Below are positions 28,477 to 38,730 of a DNA stretch of 64,000 nucleotides, piece after piece; positions within the stretch are counted from its first letter, which is position 1; every line of letters begins with the position of its first letter. A program made the position numbers and the translations under genes. This stretch comes from a virus (Duplodnaviria; Caudoviricetes), in IMG/VR virus record IMGVR_UViG_3300023053_000001, positions 96,001 through 160,000 of that record; one strand, 5' to 3'. The notes below the pieces were generated by a model. It searched no databases. It was not told where the DNA came from and was given only the letters and a program-made list of their open reading frames with translations.

Positions 28477-30414
28477 ATGGCTCTCTCCTTTACCAGCTTG
28501 CGATTGCTGGATTCACAGGCGACGCCGACGGACTCCCTCTTCTCCCTGGTCTGGGATGGTAGTGGCGAGTTCAAACGCTCTAGCCTGTCTTCGTTGCGCC
28601 AGTACATGGTGGGAACCCTGCAGCAGGAAGTGGACCAGATCAAATCCGACGGCGTGCCGTCGGTCTGGCCTGCTAACCGGACGTTGTCGTTGACCGGACT
28701 GGTTACCGGTTCGGTTGCCTTCAACGGCTCGGGCAACATGTCGATCACCACAGCGATTGCGGACAACGCACTGTCCATCGCTAAGGTCAATGGGCTGCAG
28801 GGGGCCCTGGATGGGAAGTTGGCCAGTACCGGTACGGCAGCTGCCGCCACCAAGCTGGCCGCGTCCCGCAACTTCTCGATGACCGGACCTGTCACTGCCG
28901 CGGCGGTGGGATTCGATGGTTCCGGTAACGTTGCACTGGCATCGGCCATTGCCGATGCGGCATTGACCATTGCCAAGACCAACGGTCTGCAGACGGCGTT
29001 GAACGCGAAGGCACCCATTGCCGATCCGACGTTCACTGGCATTGTCTACTTCGACGTGGACAACGGTTCCACCGGTAAGGGTCGCATCATGCCCGCCGGT
29101 ACGACCGGTGTGAACTACGATGCGGTCACCCACGATGCTTCGGCGTTTGCCCCGTTGAATCTGCGCGGTACGGCGGTGACGATCAACGATCAGACGGTCT
29201 GGCATGCCGGTAACTTCAATCCGGCCGGTAAGCTGGACTCATCGGTTCTGTCCACGCTGTTCCAAGATCGTGGTGATCTGGGCGGTGCAGTGGATCTGAA
29301 TACGGTGGTTAGTGCCGGTCTGTACGCACAGCGACTGAATGCGGGTGCGCAGGGCGGGTCGAACTACCCGGTGGCATTGGCAGGTAAGTTGGAAGTGTAC
29401 CTCACCTCCAACAATGACATGGTCTACCAGACCTATCACGTCTACCAGTCCAGTCGCATCTTCGCACGTGGCCGCTACGGCGGCACGTGGTCGGCGTGGA
29501 ATGAGATGCTGACCACTGCATCGATCAATCCCAGCGAGTATGCCAAGCTCGGCGCCAACGTCGCTTTCAACTCGATGTCTACCGCAGAACGCATCACTGC
29601 TGTCGGTACCAATTTGGTATTGGCCGCTACGGGTGCTGCCAACGCAGGCGCAATCATCTTGCGTCCTCAAGGCGGTAATTCGGAAGTCAATCAGTTCCAG
29701 TTCAACTATGCCGGTAACGCGTTCATCCCGGAAGGGATTTTCGCCAAGGTGTTTGTCAGCGCCAATGGTTCGGACGGTGAGAAGTACCGGGTTGGCGATG
29801 ACGTCGCCTTGTGGGATGTGGGTGCAGCCAATACCCTCGGTCTGCGCGGTCAGCAAGACGGTAACCAGGCGCAATTGCAGTTCGGTGCCGGCGGCCCGAT
29901 GCTTCGTCGCAATGGCAGTACGTTGTGGTCGGACAGTCCCGGCCATTTCGCCACCGTGACCATCGGTGCCGATGACGATCTGTTGATGTATGAAACCGGT
30001 GCCAATAACGGCAGTCTGGGTATTCGCTACGGCAACAACCCCGGTTACTCGTATGCTTCATTCAGCGCTGATGGCACGTTGTACGCACCTGACTTTGCCA
30101 TGTCTTCGGATGAGCGCCTGAAGAAGAACATCGTCAATCTGGTCTACAACGGCCGTCTGACTCCGCGTCAGTACCAGTGGATTGCCAACGGTAAGTGGGA
30201 CATCGGTTTCATTGCACAGGAAGTGCGCAGGCTCTATCCGTGGCTGGTGCGCCGTAACGAGCGAGGGGAACTGACCATCGCCTACGACAAGCTGTCAGCA
30301 ATTTTGTCTCACCAGATCAACGCTCTGGAAGATCGCGAAGTCAAGCGTGACCGTAAGGTGGCTCGACTGCAGCGTGAAGTCCGTGAGCTGCGAAAGCTGG
30401 TTCAGGGGAAATAG
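28477..30414 (+). CDS. Tail fibre with intact peptidase-S74 intramolecular chaperone
   Basis: 645 aa. ATKLAASRNFSMTG modules and WHAGNFNP, followed by SDERLKKNI...DIGFIAQEV and a coiled coil. Confidence 0.85.
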   Translation: MALSFTSLRLLDSQATPTDSLFSLVWDGSGEFKRSSLSSLRQYMVGTLQQEVDQIKSDGVPSVWPANRTLSLTGLVTGSVAFNGSGNMSITTAIADNALSIAKVNGLQGALDGKLASTGTAAAATKLAASRNFSMTGPVTAAAVGFDGSGNVALASAIADAALTIAKTNGLQTALNAKAPIADPTFTGIVYFDVDNGSTGKGRIMPAGTTGVNYDAVTHDASAFAPLNLRGTAVTINDQTVWHAGNFNPAGKLDSSVLSTLFQDRGDLGGAVDLNTVVSAGLYAQRLNAGAQGGSNYPVALAGKLEVYLTSNNDMVYQTYHVYQSSRIFARGRYGGTWSAWNEMLTTASINPSEYAKLGANVAFNSMSTAERITAVGTNLVLAATGAANAGAIILRPQGGNSEVNQFQFNYAGNAFIPEGIFAKVFVSANGSDGEKYRVGDDVALWDVGAANTLGLRGQQDGNQAQLQFGAGGPMLRRNGSTLWSDSPGHFATVTIGADDDLLMYETGANNGSLGIRYGNNPGYSYASFSADGTLYAPDFAMSSDERLKKNIVNLVYNGRLTPRQYQWIANGKWDIGFIAQEVRRLYPWLVRRNERGELTIAYDKLSAILSHQINALEDREVKRDRKVARLQREVRELRKLVQGK

Positions 30415-30424
30415 ATGTAAACGT

Positions 30425-30457
30425 CGAGGGGCCCCTACATTGGGGGCCCCTCGTTTT
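30425..30457 (+). terminator. Rho-independent terminator
   Basis: CGAGGGGCCCC/GGGGCCCCTCG stem followed by TTTT. Confidence 0.8.
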
Positions 30458-30471
30458 AAAGGATCTTCACC

Positions 30472-33400
30472 ATGGCTCTTACTTACGCAAAAATTTCGGG
30501 CCTACAGGGACTGCCGGAGGTTACCGGCGATCCGCTGTTGATGGTCCAGTCAGGAGACAACTTTTACAACGCACGCCTTTCGCTGCTGACGGCCCACATC
30601 ACCAAGGCCCTGAGCGATGAGGTGGCAGCAGCCAAGCTGGACATTGCCGATCTGGATCAGCGATTGGATTCGCTGGAGTTGTCCCCGGCCGGTAAGTCGT
30701 TGTGGCCGCAGGAGCGCGGCATTTCGCTGGGCGGTATCCTTTCCGGTACCGTGCGCATGGACGGCTCCAAGGATGTGACCATCGAGGCAGTGGCACTGCC
30801 GCAGTCGATTCCGCAATCGGCTGTGCTGCATTTGGAAAGTGACCTGATGGATCTGGACGCTGCCAAGGCAGATGTCAACCACAACCATCGGGTCGCAATC
30901 GGTGATCTGATGGGGCCGGTTGCCAATATGCCGTTGGGTCCGACCTCGGCAGCAGCAACGCTGGAAGCGCCGCCTGAAGGGGCTACCATCCTCAACGTCA
31001 ACGCCGGTGGCGATAACGTTGCGCAGATGGCCTTCGGTCGTGATTCCGGTGAGGTGTATTGGCGGAGCTATGGTGAAGATGCTTTCGGGGGTTGGATCAA
31101 ACTGCTGGTGGAAGGGTCGATTGACCTGAGTAACTACCAGCAGAAAAACACCACCGCGCAGTTCACTGATCTGAACATCCGCACCACCAGTACCAACGGT
31201 CTGATCGATCTGGATTTCCTCAACAGCGCAGGTACGCGTGTCAGTTCGCTGGTGTACAACCAGGCAGACAAATCGCTGGCCCTGCAGCGCTGGAAGGATG
31301 GGGTAGTCACCGATGAGCTGAAGCTCACCGATACCGGTCTGTTCTACGGCGAGAACGAAGTCTGGCACGCTGGGAATTTCACTCCCGCCAACAAAGTCAA
31401 TGTGGGCGGTGCGGCTGCGGACTACATGTCCAAGACCAATGTGGAATACGGTCCGGGCGCATCGTTCAACGTCAACGATCTGGCGGTGGGTGTACGTGCT
31501 TACGTGGCGCGTGAGAACACCAACTCGCCCGGCTCGACCTCGGCCTATTACTACATCGAAACCCTGCTGGTGGGTACGGGAACCGATCGCCTGCAACGGG
31601 CATGGTCGACGACTACCGCAGAGGTACTCGCCCGCGTCCGTGTGGCCAATGCGTGGTCGCCGTGGCGTCTGGCGTGGGATAGCGTTTCGTTTGACCCGAC
31701 GTCCAAGCTGGACAAGACCGCTGCCGCTGCCAGTGCAACCAAGTTGGTGACCTCGCGCAACTTCTCGATGACAGGCGTCATCAAGGCCGCTGCGGTGGGT
31801 TTCAATGGTACGGCCAATGTGGCATTCACCACGACCATCGACGATGGCGCGCTGAGTATCGCTAAGGTCAGCGGGTTGCAGACGGCACTGGATGGTAAGG
31901 CCAACGCTCAGAATGCCAGCTTCACTGGCAACATGACGATGTCCGGTGACATCATCCCCGATGTGGACAACGTGCACTCGTTGGGTTCGCCCACCAAGAT
32001 GTGGCGTGACGTGTACATCGGTCCGGGGTCGCTGTACCTGAATGGTCAGAAGATCCTGGAAGACACCGAGTCGGGCACCATCCGCATGACGGCCGACCCG
32101 AACCAGAACATTGCCGTCCAGACCTCTGGCGCCGGTGATGTGGAGCTGGCTCCGCTGGGTACGGGTTTGATTCAGCTCAAGGGTAATGTCACCTTCTTGG
32201 GTGGCTCGAAGATCCGCACGTCCAATGGCCTGGCGCTGTTGTTCGATGACGACTTCGCATTCACTCCCGGTACTGGCATCACGAATGGTCTGCGTGTAAC
32301 GGGCGGCCTGTCGGTTGACGGTAACGTGGCATGGGATGCAGGCAACTTCAATCCGGCTACCAAGCTGGATGCAACGGCTACGGCTGCTGCGGCCACGAAG
32401 TTGGCCACTGCACGCACCATGGCACTGGCCGGTACGGTCACCGGTTCGGCTACCTTCAACGGTACGACGAACATGACCATCAACACCACCATCGCAGATG
32501 GGGCGTTGACGATCGGTAAGGTGTCGGGTCTGCAGGAAGTGCTCGATAGCAAGGCTACCGGCGGTGGCTTCGGTCTGGGTGTGGGTGTCAAGGACTTCAA
32601 CTGGGCTCAGGACAACCGCGCCTCTCGCTTTGCTGCAGGTACCGTTGGTTCGCCGGAAACCGGTAAGAACTACATGGGCATGCGTACGGTGTTGGATCAT
32701 ACCGACTTCTACGCGTTGAATGTGGCCGGTCGCAGTAACAAGCTGTGGTTCCAGACGATCGAAGCCGGTACGGTCCAGACGTGGAATGAGTTGTACCACA
32801 CCGGTAACCTGACCATCGGTGACTATGCCAAGAAGACTGACGCTGCTCCCTCTGCTGCTAAGTGGACCACGCCGCGGAACTTCTACTACCAAGGTGACTT
32901 CACGGGTAACGTCGCAATCGACGGCTCGCAAGACATCGGCGCTGTGGGTCGCTTGCGCGCCTACCAGCATGGTGGCACGGGTAACCAGTACGCAGGGCAG
33001 TACACCCGTATCGCTACGGCAACGCTGAGCGCGTTGTACGAGGATGCGGCCATTGCCTTCCGCATGATGGGCTACGGTGACGGTTCGACGTATGGTCGCA
33101 CTGCGGTGGTTCGCTTCCGTATCAAGCAGCAGGTTGCTCTGCCGGGCCTGCCGTACGTCAATGTCGACATCGAATCGGCCAACTACCTGAACCCGGAAGA
33201 TTTCTACGCTGTCATCAGCGATACGACGTCCTACCCGGTCAAGGTGGATCTGTACACCAAGATGAGCGGTACCTACTCGGGCCTGAAGAGCAGCGTGATC
33301 GCTCGTGGTGGTTCGCGTACGGTGGAGTTGCTCGAAGGTGACGGTTACGTCGCTTCGCTGCCGGCCGGTACCGTTGTTCAGGGCGTTGCCGATGCAAGTC

Positions 33401-36400
33401 GCAACTACGCTGCCACTTACGCTGCTCGCGATGGCATGACCATCGCAGGTAATGAAGTCTGGCATGCGGGAAACATGGTCAAGGCCAACTTGCATCAGCT
33501 CGATACGGCTTCGGTCGGCGATGTGACCTTTGCTGGCAGCAGTAACGGTCGCGGTGTCAAGTTCTGGAACTCGGACAACTACAAGGTCTACATGAGTCAA
33601 GCCACTGACACGTCCTTCGGTGGACGCGTTGATGGTGAGACCAAGTCCGATTACAACATGCATTTCCGCATGGGTTCCACCGTTGCGCAGAATCGCGGCT
33701 TCGTGTTCGAGTACGCCTACGGCTCCAAGTTGTTCGGCATTCATCCCGATGGCGTGCGGTCTGTGGTAGGCGTCAGTGCTCCGACGCTGGCCTCGCTCAA
33801 TCCCAACAACACCAATGCATCGGTGACGTTGAGCTGGCAGGCTAACGTTCCGCGCATCCGCATCGGTGGCACGGGTACCGGTGCAGGTGCAACGTTCCGC
33901 ATCCAAGGTGAAGGTGATTTCAATCGCATGTCCTTGGACAGTGCCGGTAACATGGTACTGCCCGGTTACGTGGATGCAAAGAACACGCTCAACCGCGTGA
34001 TCCTGCCAACGACCGGAAACGCAGCGAAGTGGCTCAAGATCGGTACTGCAACATGGGCCGGCGCTAACCCGCGCTACCTGCAGTTTGAGGCAGCCTCGGG
34101 TAACTACGGCGTGCGCCGTATGGCACGTGACATTGTCACGGTCAACAACCGCGGATATACCAACACCACGTTGTCGCTGACCCAAGCGATCGTCAATTCG
34201 ATCGTGGACCATCAGCGTATCCGTCAAACCGATGTGGGGTCGGATTTCCTGCAAGTGGGTCTGGTACTCACCGGCACGGCCTCGGCCAGCACCGGTGTGG
34301 AGATCTGGATCAAGGTAGGGTTGTACAACTCGGGCATGCCGCTGACGTTGATCAACAACGACAGCATCGCCTGGGAAGCTCGCGACAACAGTCTGGTCGA
34401 CACCGAACCGTCGGGTATCGTCTACGCTACGGCGTACGACATCCTCAGCACGCGTGATCTGGAAACGGATACCACGTGGAAGGGGACGCAGTATTTCGAG
34501 GCAAACAACACGCACTTCGGTAGCAAGGCTGGCAGCAATGTCATTCTGGAAATCGGCGGGCGTGCAGGTGTGGCGACGTCGTCGGGATTGGACTTCCACT
34601 CCAGTGGTGGTAACAACGACTTCGATTCGCGCATCTTGGCCTCCGGTGGCGACGGTACGACCAACGGCGCAGGTACGTTGACGGCTTCGGCTGCCACGTT
34701 TGCGTTCACTGGCAACATCACCCTGCCTGTCAGTAAGAACATCACCTTCGGTGCGGGTAGTTCGATCATCCGCGATGCAGGTGCTGCGGGCCTGGTTCTG
34801 TCCACTGCGACCGGCGGCGCGATCTACCTGCGGCCCAAGGGCGACACGAATTCGGCTAACCAGTTCATGGTCAACGAAGCCAATGTCTCGTACAACGGCA
34901 ATGTGATCTGGCATGCGGGTAATTTCAATCCCTCTGGTCGTGTGGAACGTGGTACTACCACACTCAATGCGGATGCAACCGTCCCGTCGGGTTACTTCAG
35001 TGACGTCGCCAACGATCTGGCGTTCAAGTACAGTCAGAATAGCACCGGTTCGACGGGCTTCCCCACTGAGTTCGGCGCAACGTTGTCGGTCATCATGGGT
35101 CGTCAGAACACCCGTTCGTTTGACCTGCACATTCCGACCAACTCGCCCAACTCCATGTACTACCGCGGCTATCCGTCCACGGGTAACGTCGGTGGTGACT
35201 GGAAGCTGATCGCATCACCGAGTAACGCACATGCGTGGCAGGCCTTGCAGACATTCAACGTCGGCTTGACCATTCCCAACAACATCCTGGCCAATCTGGG
35301 CAGCGGTGGTGGTGGGTTGCGCGGTACGTCCACCGGCAGTGTGGTTCTGAGTGCCGGTACCGGTGCCAACGGGTACGTGTATCTGCGTCCCAATGGCGAT
35401 GGCTCGACGGTCGGTCAGGCTGCACTCTACGCCAATGGTCAATTGGAACTGACCAGCATCAAGGTCGGTCAGGGTGTGGGCGATGGTGGCGTGATGTTGG
35501 AACTGGCAGGCGATCGCGCATGGCAGTTCAAGCAGGCCGGCGCTGGCGCTACGTCGTCGCTGGAACTGTACGACAGCATTGGTGGTAAGGACTTCAAGAT
35601 CACCGGCTTGGGTAGTACCGGTACGATCATGTTCTCGCCGTACAACGGCACTGTCACCGCCACGACGTTTGTGGGTAAGCTCACGGGTAATGCCGACAGC
35701 GCCACCACTGCCACTACGGCAGCGACGGCGTCAGGGTTTGCTGATGGTACCAGCTCGACTTCGTTCTTGCGACGCGATGCGCAAAACGCCTCGGATCTGC
35801 GGTTCCAGTCCGGCGATGGTCGCGGTATGCGGTTCTGGGACAATGACGGTTACAAGATCTCGATGGCTGCCTCCACTTCCACCCCGGGTGGTCGTGTTGC
35901 TGGTGAAACCACCAGCGATTACAACATGTATTTCAACATGGGTGGCGGTACCAATCGTGGTTTTGTGTTCGGCATCAATGGCGGTACCAAGTTCTTTGGT
36001 ATCAATCCCAATGGTGTTCGTTCCACTGTCAACGTAACGGCTCCGGCCTTCATCGGTGCATTGACGGGTAATGCTGACACGGCAACCAAGTTGGCCACTC
36101 CGCGCACTATCAACGGCGTGGCTTTTGATGGTTCGTCCAACATCACCGTTCCGGCTACTTGGAATGGCGGTGCGGTCAGTGGAGCGATCAACTCGTTTGC
36201 AGGTACCATTGATACGCAGACTGCTCCCCTCACCATGGGTTGGTCCAGTGGCAATACGCGTTGGGCCCACGTACTGGAAGCGAATGCCACGTACTCGCTG
36301 TATGCGTATAACTCGGCTGGTGGCGGTACGATGCAGGCCATGTACGTCCAGACCCCGTCCAATGGTGGTTCGCCGCTGAGGATTGCCACGGAGGGTTATT

Positions 36401-37545
36401 TCCATGGTCGTGCTAATGGCGAGAACGGTATTGCCTTTGCAGTCGGCAATGATGCGACGATCAATGACATTGGCGTTGGCCACACGTTGGGTATCAACAG
36501 TGTCGCCGATCCGACGGCCGGTGGTATCCGGTTGGGTAACTCCGGTCCGCATCTGCTCGGTAGTGCCTCTCGCCTGAGCATCGATAGGGAAGTTGCCACC
36601 ACCTACGCAAACGGCTACCGCATTGTGCAGGGTAACTACGGTTCGTTCTGGCGCAATGATGGCACCACGATGTACCTGATGACCACCGCTTCTGGTGATC
36701 CGTACGGTACGTGGGGTCCTACCCGTCCATTCGCGGTGGATCTGAACAGCGGTAGCGTGTCCATGGGCAGTAACTTGGCTGTAACGGGCATGGCCGGCGC
36801 TCAGCGATTCTACGCCGGTTGGGATTCGGGTAATGCCGGTTCCATGTCGTGCAACAACTGGTTCCGCTCCACCGGCCAAACTGGTTGGTTCAGTAGTGAC
36901 TACGGTGGCGGTATCTACATGACCGACACCACGTACGTGCAGGTCTATAATGGCAAAGCCATGAAGGCGGCATGGTTCGAGGTCAACGGTCCGGTCCACA
37001 ACCCCCAGCAGTACGCATCGGCAGCCGCTTTCCGGGCCTACGGCAACTACGGTGGCGGTTACGGCCTGATCGACGGTGGCGCTCACATCTCCATGTACTC
37101 GGTGGGTGGTCACCTGAACTTCGGTTTCGGTACGGGGGCAGTTGCCGGTAAGGCCTCGATCCAGTCCGACGGTACGTTCTACGGTTACGACTTTGCGATC
37201 AACTCCGATCGCACGATGAAGAAGAACATCAAGCCGTTCCGCTACAATGGACGGTTGCGCCCGGTTCGTTTCCAGTGGCGTGCAGATGGTTCGCTCGACA
37301 TCGGCTTCATCGCACAGGAAGTGCAAAAGCAATACCCCGAAGCAGTCAAGCTGGATGAGCAAACCGGTAAGCTGCGTCTGACGCAGTCCAAGTTGACCGC
37401 AGTGGTGGCCTATCAGGTCAACGCCGTGGAAGATGAGGTCATCCGGTTGAAGGCGCACGTCAAGCGTAAGGATCGTCAGTTGGCACAGGCGTTGAAGAGC
37501 ATCAAAACTCTGCAGCGTCAGATGGCCAAGTTGATGAAGAAGTAA
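30472..37545 (+). CDS. Very long tail fibre (2357 aa) with intact S74 chaperone
   Basis: G/T/N/S-rich, with multiple WHAGNF and TKLATART modules, internal duplications and a PilV-like module. Ends SDRTMKKNI...DIGFIAQEV. Confidence 0.9.
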   Translation: MALTYAKISGLQGLPEVTGDPLLMVQSGDNFYNARLSLLTAHITKALSDEVAAAKLDIADLDQRLDSLELSPAGKSLWPQERGISLGGILSGTVRMDGSKDVTIEAVALPQSIPQSAVLHLESDLMDLDAAKADVNHNHRVAIGDLMGPVANMPLGPTSAAATLEAPPEGATILNVNAGGDNVAQMAFGRDSGEVYWRSYGEDAFGGWIKLLVEGSIDLSNYQQKNTTAQFTDLNIRTTSTNGLIDLDFLNSAGTRVSSLVYNQADKSLALQRWKDGVVTDELKLTDTGLFYGENEVWHAGNFTPANKVNVGGAAADYMSKTNVEYGPGASFNVNDLAVGVRAYVARENTNSPGSTSAYYYIETLLVGTGTDRLQRAWSTTTAEVLARVRVANAWSPWRLAWDSVSFDPTSKLDKTAAAASATKLVTSRNFSMTGVIKAAAVGFNGTANVAFTTTIDDGALSIAKVSGLQTALDGKANAQNASFTGNMTMSGDIIPDVDNVHSLGSPTKMWRDVYIGPGSLYLNGQKILEDTESGTIRMTADPNQNIAVQTSGAGDVELAPLGTGLIQLKGNVTFLGGSKIRTSNGLALLFDDDFAFTPGTGITNGLRVTGGLSVDGNVAWDAGNFNPATKLDATATAAAATKLATARTMALAGTVTGSATFNGTTNMTINTTIADGALTIGKVSGLQEVLDSKATGGGFGLGVGVKDFNWAQDNRASRFAAGTVGSPETGKNYMGMRTVLDHTDFYALNVAGRSNKLWFQTIEAGTVQTWNELYHTGNLTIGDYAKKTDAAPSAAKWTTPRNFYYQGDFTGNVAIDGSQDIGAVGRLRAYQHGGTGNQYAGQYTRIATATLSALYEDAAIAFRMMGYGDGSTYGRTAVVRFRIKQQVALPGLPYVNVDIESANYLNPEDFYAVISDTTSYPVKVDLYTKMSGTYSGLKSSVIARGGSRTVELLEGDGYVASLPAGTVVQGVADASRNYAATYAARDGMTIAGNEVWHAGNMVKANLHQLDTASVGDVTFAGSSNGRGVKFWNSDNYKVYMSQATDTSFGGRVDGETKSDYNMHFRMGSTVAQNRGFVFEYAYGSKLFGIHPDGVRSVVGVSAPTLASLNPNNTNASVTLSWQANVPRIRIGGTGTGAGATFRIQGEGDFNRMSLDSAGNMVLPGYVDAKNTLNRVILPTTGNAAKWLKIGTATWAGANPRYLQFEAASGNYGVRRMARDIVTVNNRGYTNTTLSLTQAIVNSIVDHQRIRQTDVGSDFLQVGLVLTGTASASTGVEIWIKVGLYNSGMPLTLINNDSIAWEARDNSLVDTEPSGIVYATAYDILSTRDLETDTTWKGTQYFEANNTHFGSKAGSNVILEIGGRAGVATSSGLDFHSSGGNNDFDSRILASGGDGTTNGAGTLTASAATFAFTGNITLPVSKNITFGAGSSIIRDAGAAGLVLSTATGGAIYLRPKGDTNSANQFMVNEANVSYNGNVIWHAGNFNPSGRVERGTTTLNADATVPSGYFSDVANDLAFKYSQNSTGSTGFPTEFGATLSVIMGRQNTRSFDLHIPTNSPNSMYYRGYPSTGNVGGDWKLIASPSNAHAWQALQTFNVGLTIPNNILANLGSGGGGLRGTSTGSVVLSAGTGANGYVYLRPNGDGSTVGQAALYANGQLELTSIKVGQGVGDGGVMLELAGDRAWQFKQAGAGATSSLELYDSIGGKDFKITGLGSTGTIMFSPYNGTVTATTFVGKLTGNADSATTATTAATASGFADGTSSTSFLRRDAQNASDLRFQSGDGRGMRFWDNDGYKISMAASTSTPGGRVAGETTSDYNMYFNMGGGTNRGFVFGINGGTKFFGINPNGVRSTVNVTAPAFIGALTGNADTATKLATPRTINGVAFDGSSNITVPATWNGGAVSGAINSFAGTIDTQTAPLTMGWSSGNTRWAHVLEANATYSLYAYNSAGGGTMQAMYVQTPSNGGSPLRIATEGYFHGRANGENGIAFAVGNDATINDIGVGHTLGINSVADPTAGGIRLGNSGPHLLGSASRLSIDREVATTYANGYRIVQGNYGSFWRNDGTTMYLMTTASGDPYGTWGPTRPFAVDLNSGSVSMGSNLAVTGMAGAQRFYAGWDSGNAGSMSCNNWFRSTGQTGWFSSDYGGGIYMTDTTYVQVYNGKAMKAAWFEVNGPVHNPQQYASAAAFRAYGNYGGGYGLIDGGAHISMYSVGGHLNFGFGTGAVAGKASIQSDGTFYGYDFAINSDRTMKKNIKPFRYNGRLRPVRFQWRADGSLDIGFIAQEVQKQYPEAVKLDEQTGKLRLTQSKLTAVVAYQVNAVEDEVIRLKAHVKRKDRQLAQALKSIKTLQRQMAKLMKK

Positions 37546-37551
37546 GTCAGT

Positions 37552-37573
37552 CCCGGGAGGGCAACCTCCCGGG
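37552..37573 (+). terminator. GC hairpin with GCAA tetraloop after the long fibre gene
   Basis: CCCGGGAGG-GCAA-CCTCCCGGG, with only a weak U-tract. Confidence 0.6.
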
Positions 37574-37592
37574 CATTTACTGGGAACTTTTT

Positions 37593-38048
37593 ATGCCTCT
37601 AGGTCCAACCCCCTCATTGCGCGAAGCGTTGGGAATGTTTGGCGGTACGAACCTGCGCGGTCTTACCCGTAATGGTGGTCGCGTCCCCAACAACTCAGCC
37701 AATCAAAACATCTCCACTGACGTCAACTCTCTGAGGCTTCGTCAATTCGGCGGTGCCGATGTCAATACGTCTTCCCCGCTCAGCGTCAGCGCACCGGACG
37801 TGTTCAATCAGGTCAATGCCGGTACTGCAGCCGGTTCGTCTGTGGCCAGTCCCTCGGGCGGTGCAGGCGGATATACTGTCACGTGGTCCGGTGGCTCAGG
37901 TGCTAACCTGCGTCAAAATGGTAACACCGCATCTTTCTCCGCCACCCGTTCTGTTTCCACCACAGCTACTGTCACCGTACGCGATGCGGCCGGTACGACC
38001 GTCAGCAAGAACATCATTGTGGAACTCACAGTGGGTCGTCCTCTCTAA
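37593..38048 (+). CDS. Small Gly/Ser-rich fibre-tip (adhesin-like) protein, paralogue 1
   Basis: N-terminal motif SLREALGMFGG...RNGGRVPNNSANQNIST...LRLRQFGG, then a small Ig-like domain ending TATVTVRDAAGTTVSKNIIVEL. Confidence 0.6.
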   Translation: MPLGPTPSLREALGMFGGTNLRGLTRNGGRVPNNSANQNISTDVNSLRLRQFGGADVNTSSPLSVSAPDVFNQVNAGTAAGSSVASPSGGAGGYTVTWSGGSGANLRQNGNTASFSATRSVSTTATVTVRDAAGTTVSKNIIVELTVGRPL

Positions 38049-38112
38049 GTAGTTCTTTCGGACATTGGAAGTCAGCAAGAATCGCAATAACCAACTTCCG
38101 TAGATCCGAACA

Positions 38113-38691
38113 ATGGCAGTTAATTTCCCCGTACGCATGTCCCAGATCCGCAGCGTGTTTGGCGGAAATGGTCGTGCAAGTGAGTATTTGCGCAATGGTG
38201 CGCTGGTACCTACCAATTCCACCACCGGTAACATTTCCACTGAGCGAGCAGGATGGCGTTTCAGGCAGTTCAACGGTGCCGATAAAACTACAGCGCCGCC
38301 GGCTCCGACGTTCCAGTCGCTGTCTGCGTCTGATGAAATCTTCGTAAGTAATGGCGGTGGTTCAGCTTCGTGCAACATCACCATGCGTAACGACGGGGTC
38401 ATGGCCGTGTACCAGGAAAACGGTGGCTCTTACGATGCCTATCGCTGGTTGCCTGATGGCCGATCCCCGGGCGAGTATCAATTTCGCATCAGTTACTACG
38501 ACCAGAACAACTTCGGTCCTTGGCAATCGCTGGACCAGAGCGCTGGGATATGTAGCGCCAGTGCGTGGTCCGATGGTTTCTACAGTGGTAGCGATCAATT
38601 GACCACTTACGTACAGATCGGCGCTGGCGGTGTAGCACTCACCGGCATTCTCCCGTTCAACTGTTCAGCCAACGCCAACGGCCGCGGATGA
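38113..38691 (+). CDS. Small fibre-tip (adhesin-like) protein, paralogue 2
   Basis: Same N-terminal motif (RMSQIRSVFGG...YLRNGALVPTNSTTGNIST...WRFRQFNG) with an unrelated aromatic-rich C-domain. Confidence 0.6.
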   Translation: MAVNFPVRMSQIRSVFGGNGRASEYLRNGALVPTNSTTGNISTERAGWRFRQFNGADKTTAPPAPTFQSLSASDEIFVSNGGGSASCNITMRNDGVMAVYQENGGSYDAYRWLPDGRSPGEYQFRISYYDQNNFGPWQSLDQSAGICSASAWSDGFYSGSDQLTTYVQIGAGGVALTGILPFNCSANANGRG

Positions 38692-38730
38692 TCAATAATG
38701 TGAAGCCTTCTTTAACCTGAGGAACTCCCC

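Noticed and set aside
24350-38691. Diversity-generating retroelement or invertase shufflon acting on the fibres
   Set aside because: No reverse transcriptase or site-specific recombinase is in the window. I found no near-identical TR/VR pair with adenine-specific differences and no inverted cassettes; all genes are on one strand.
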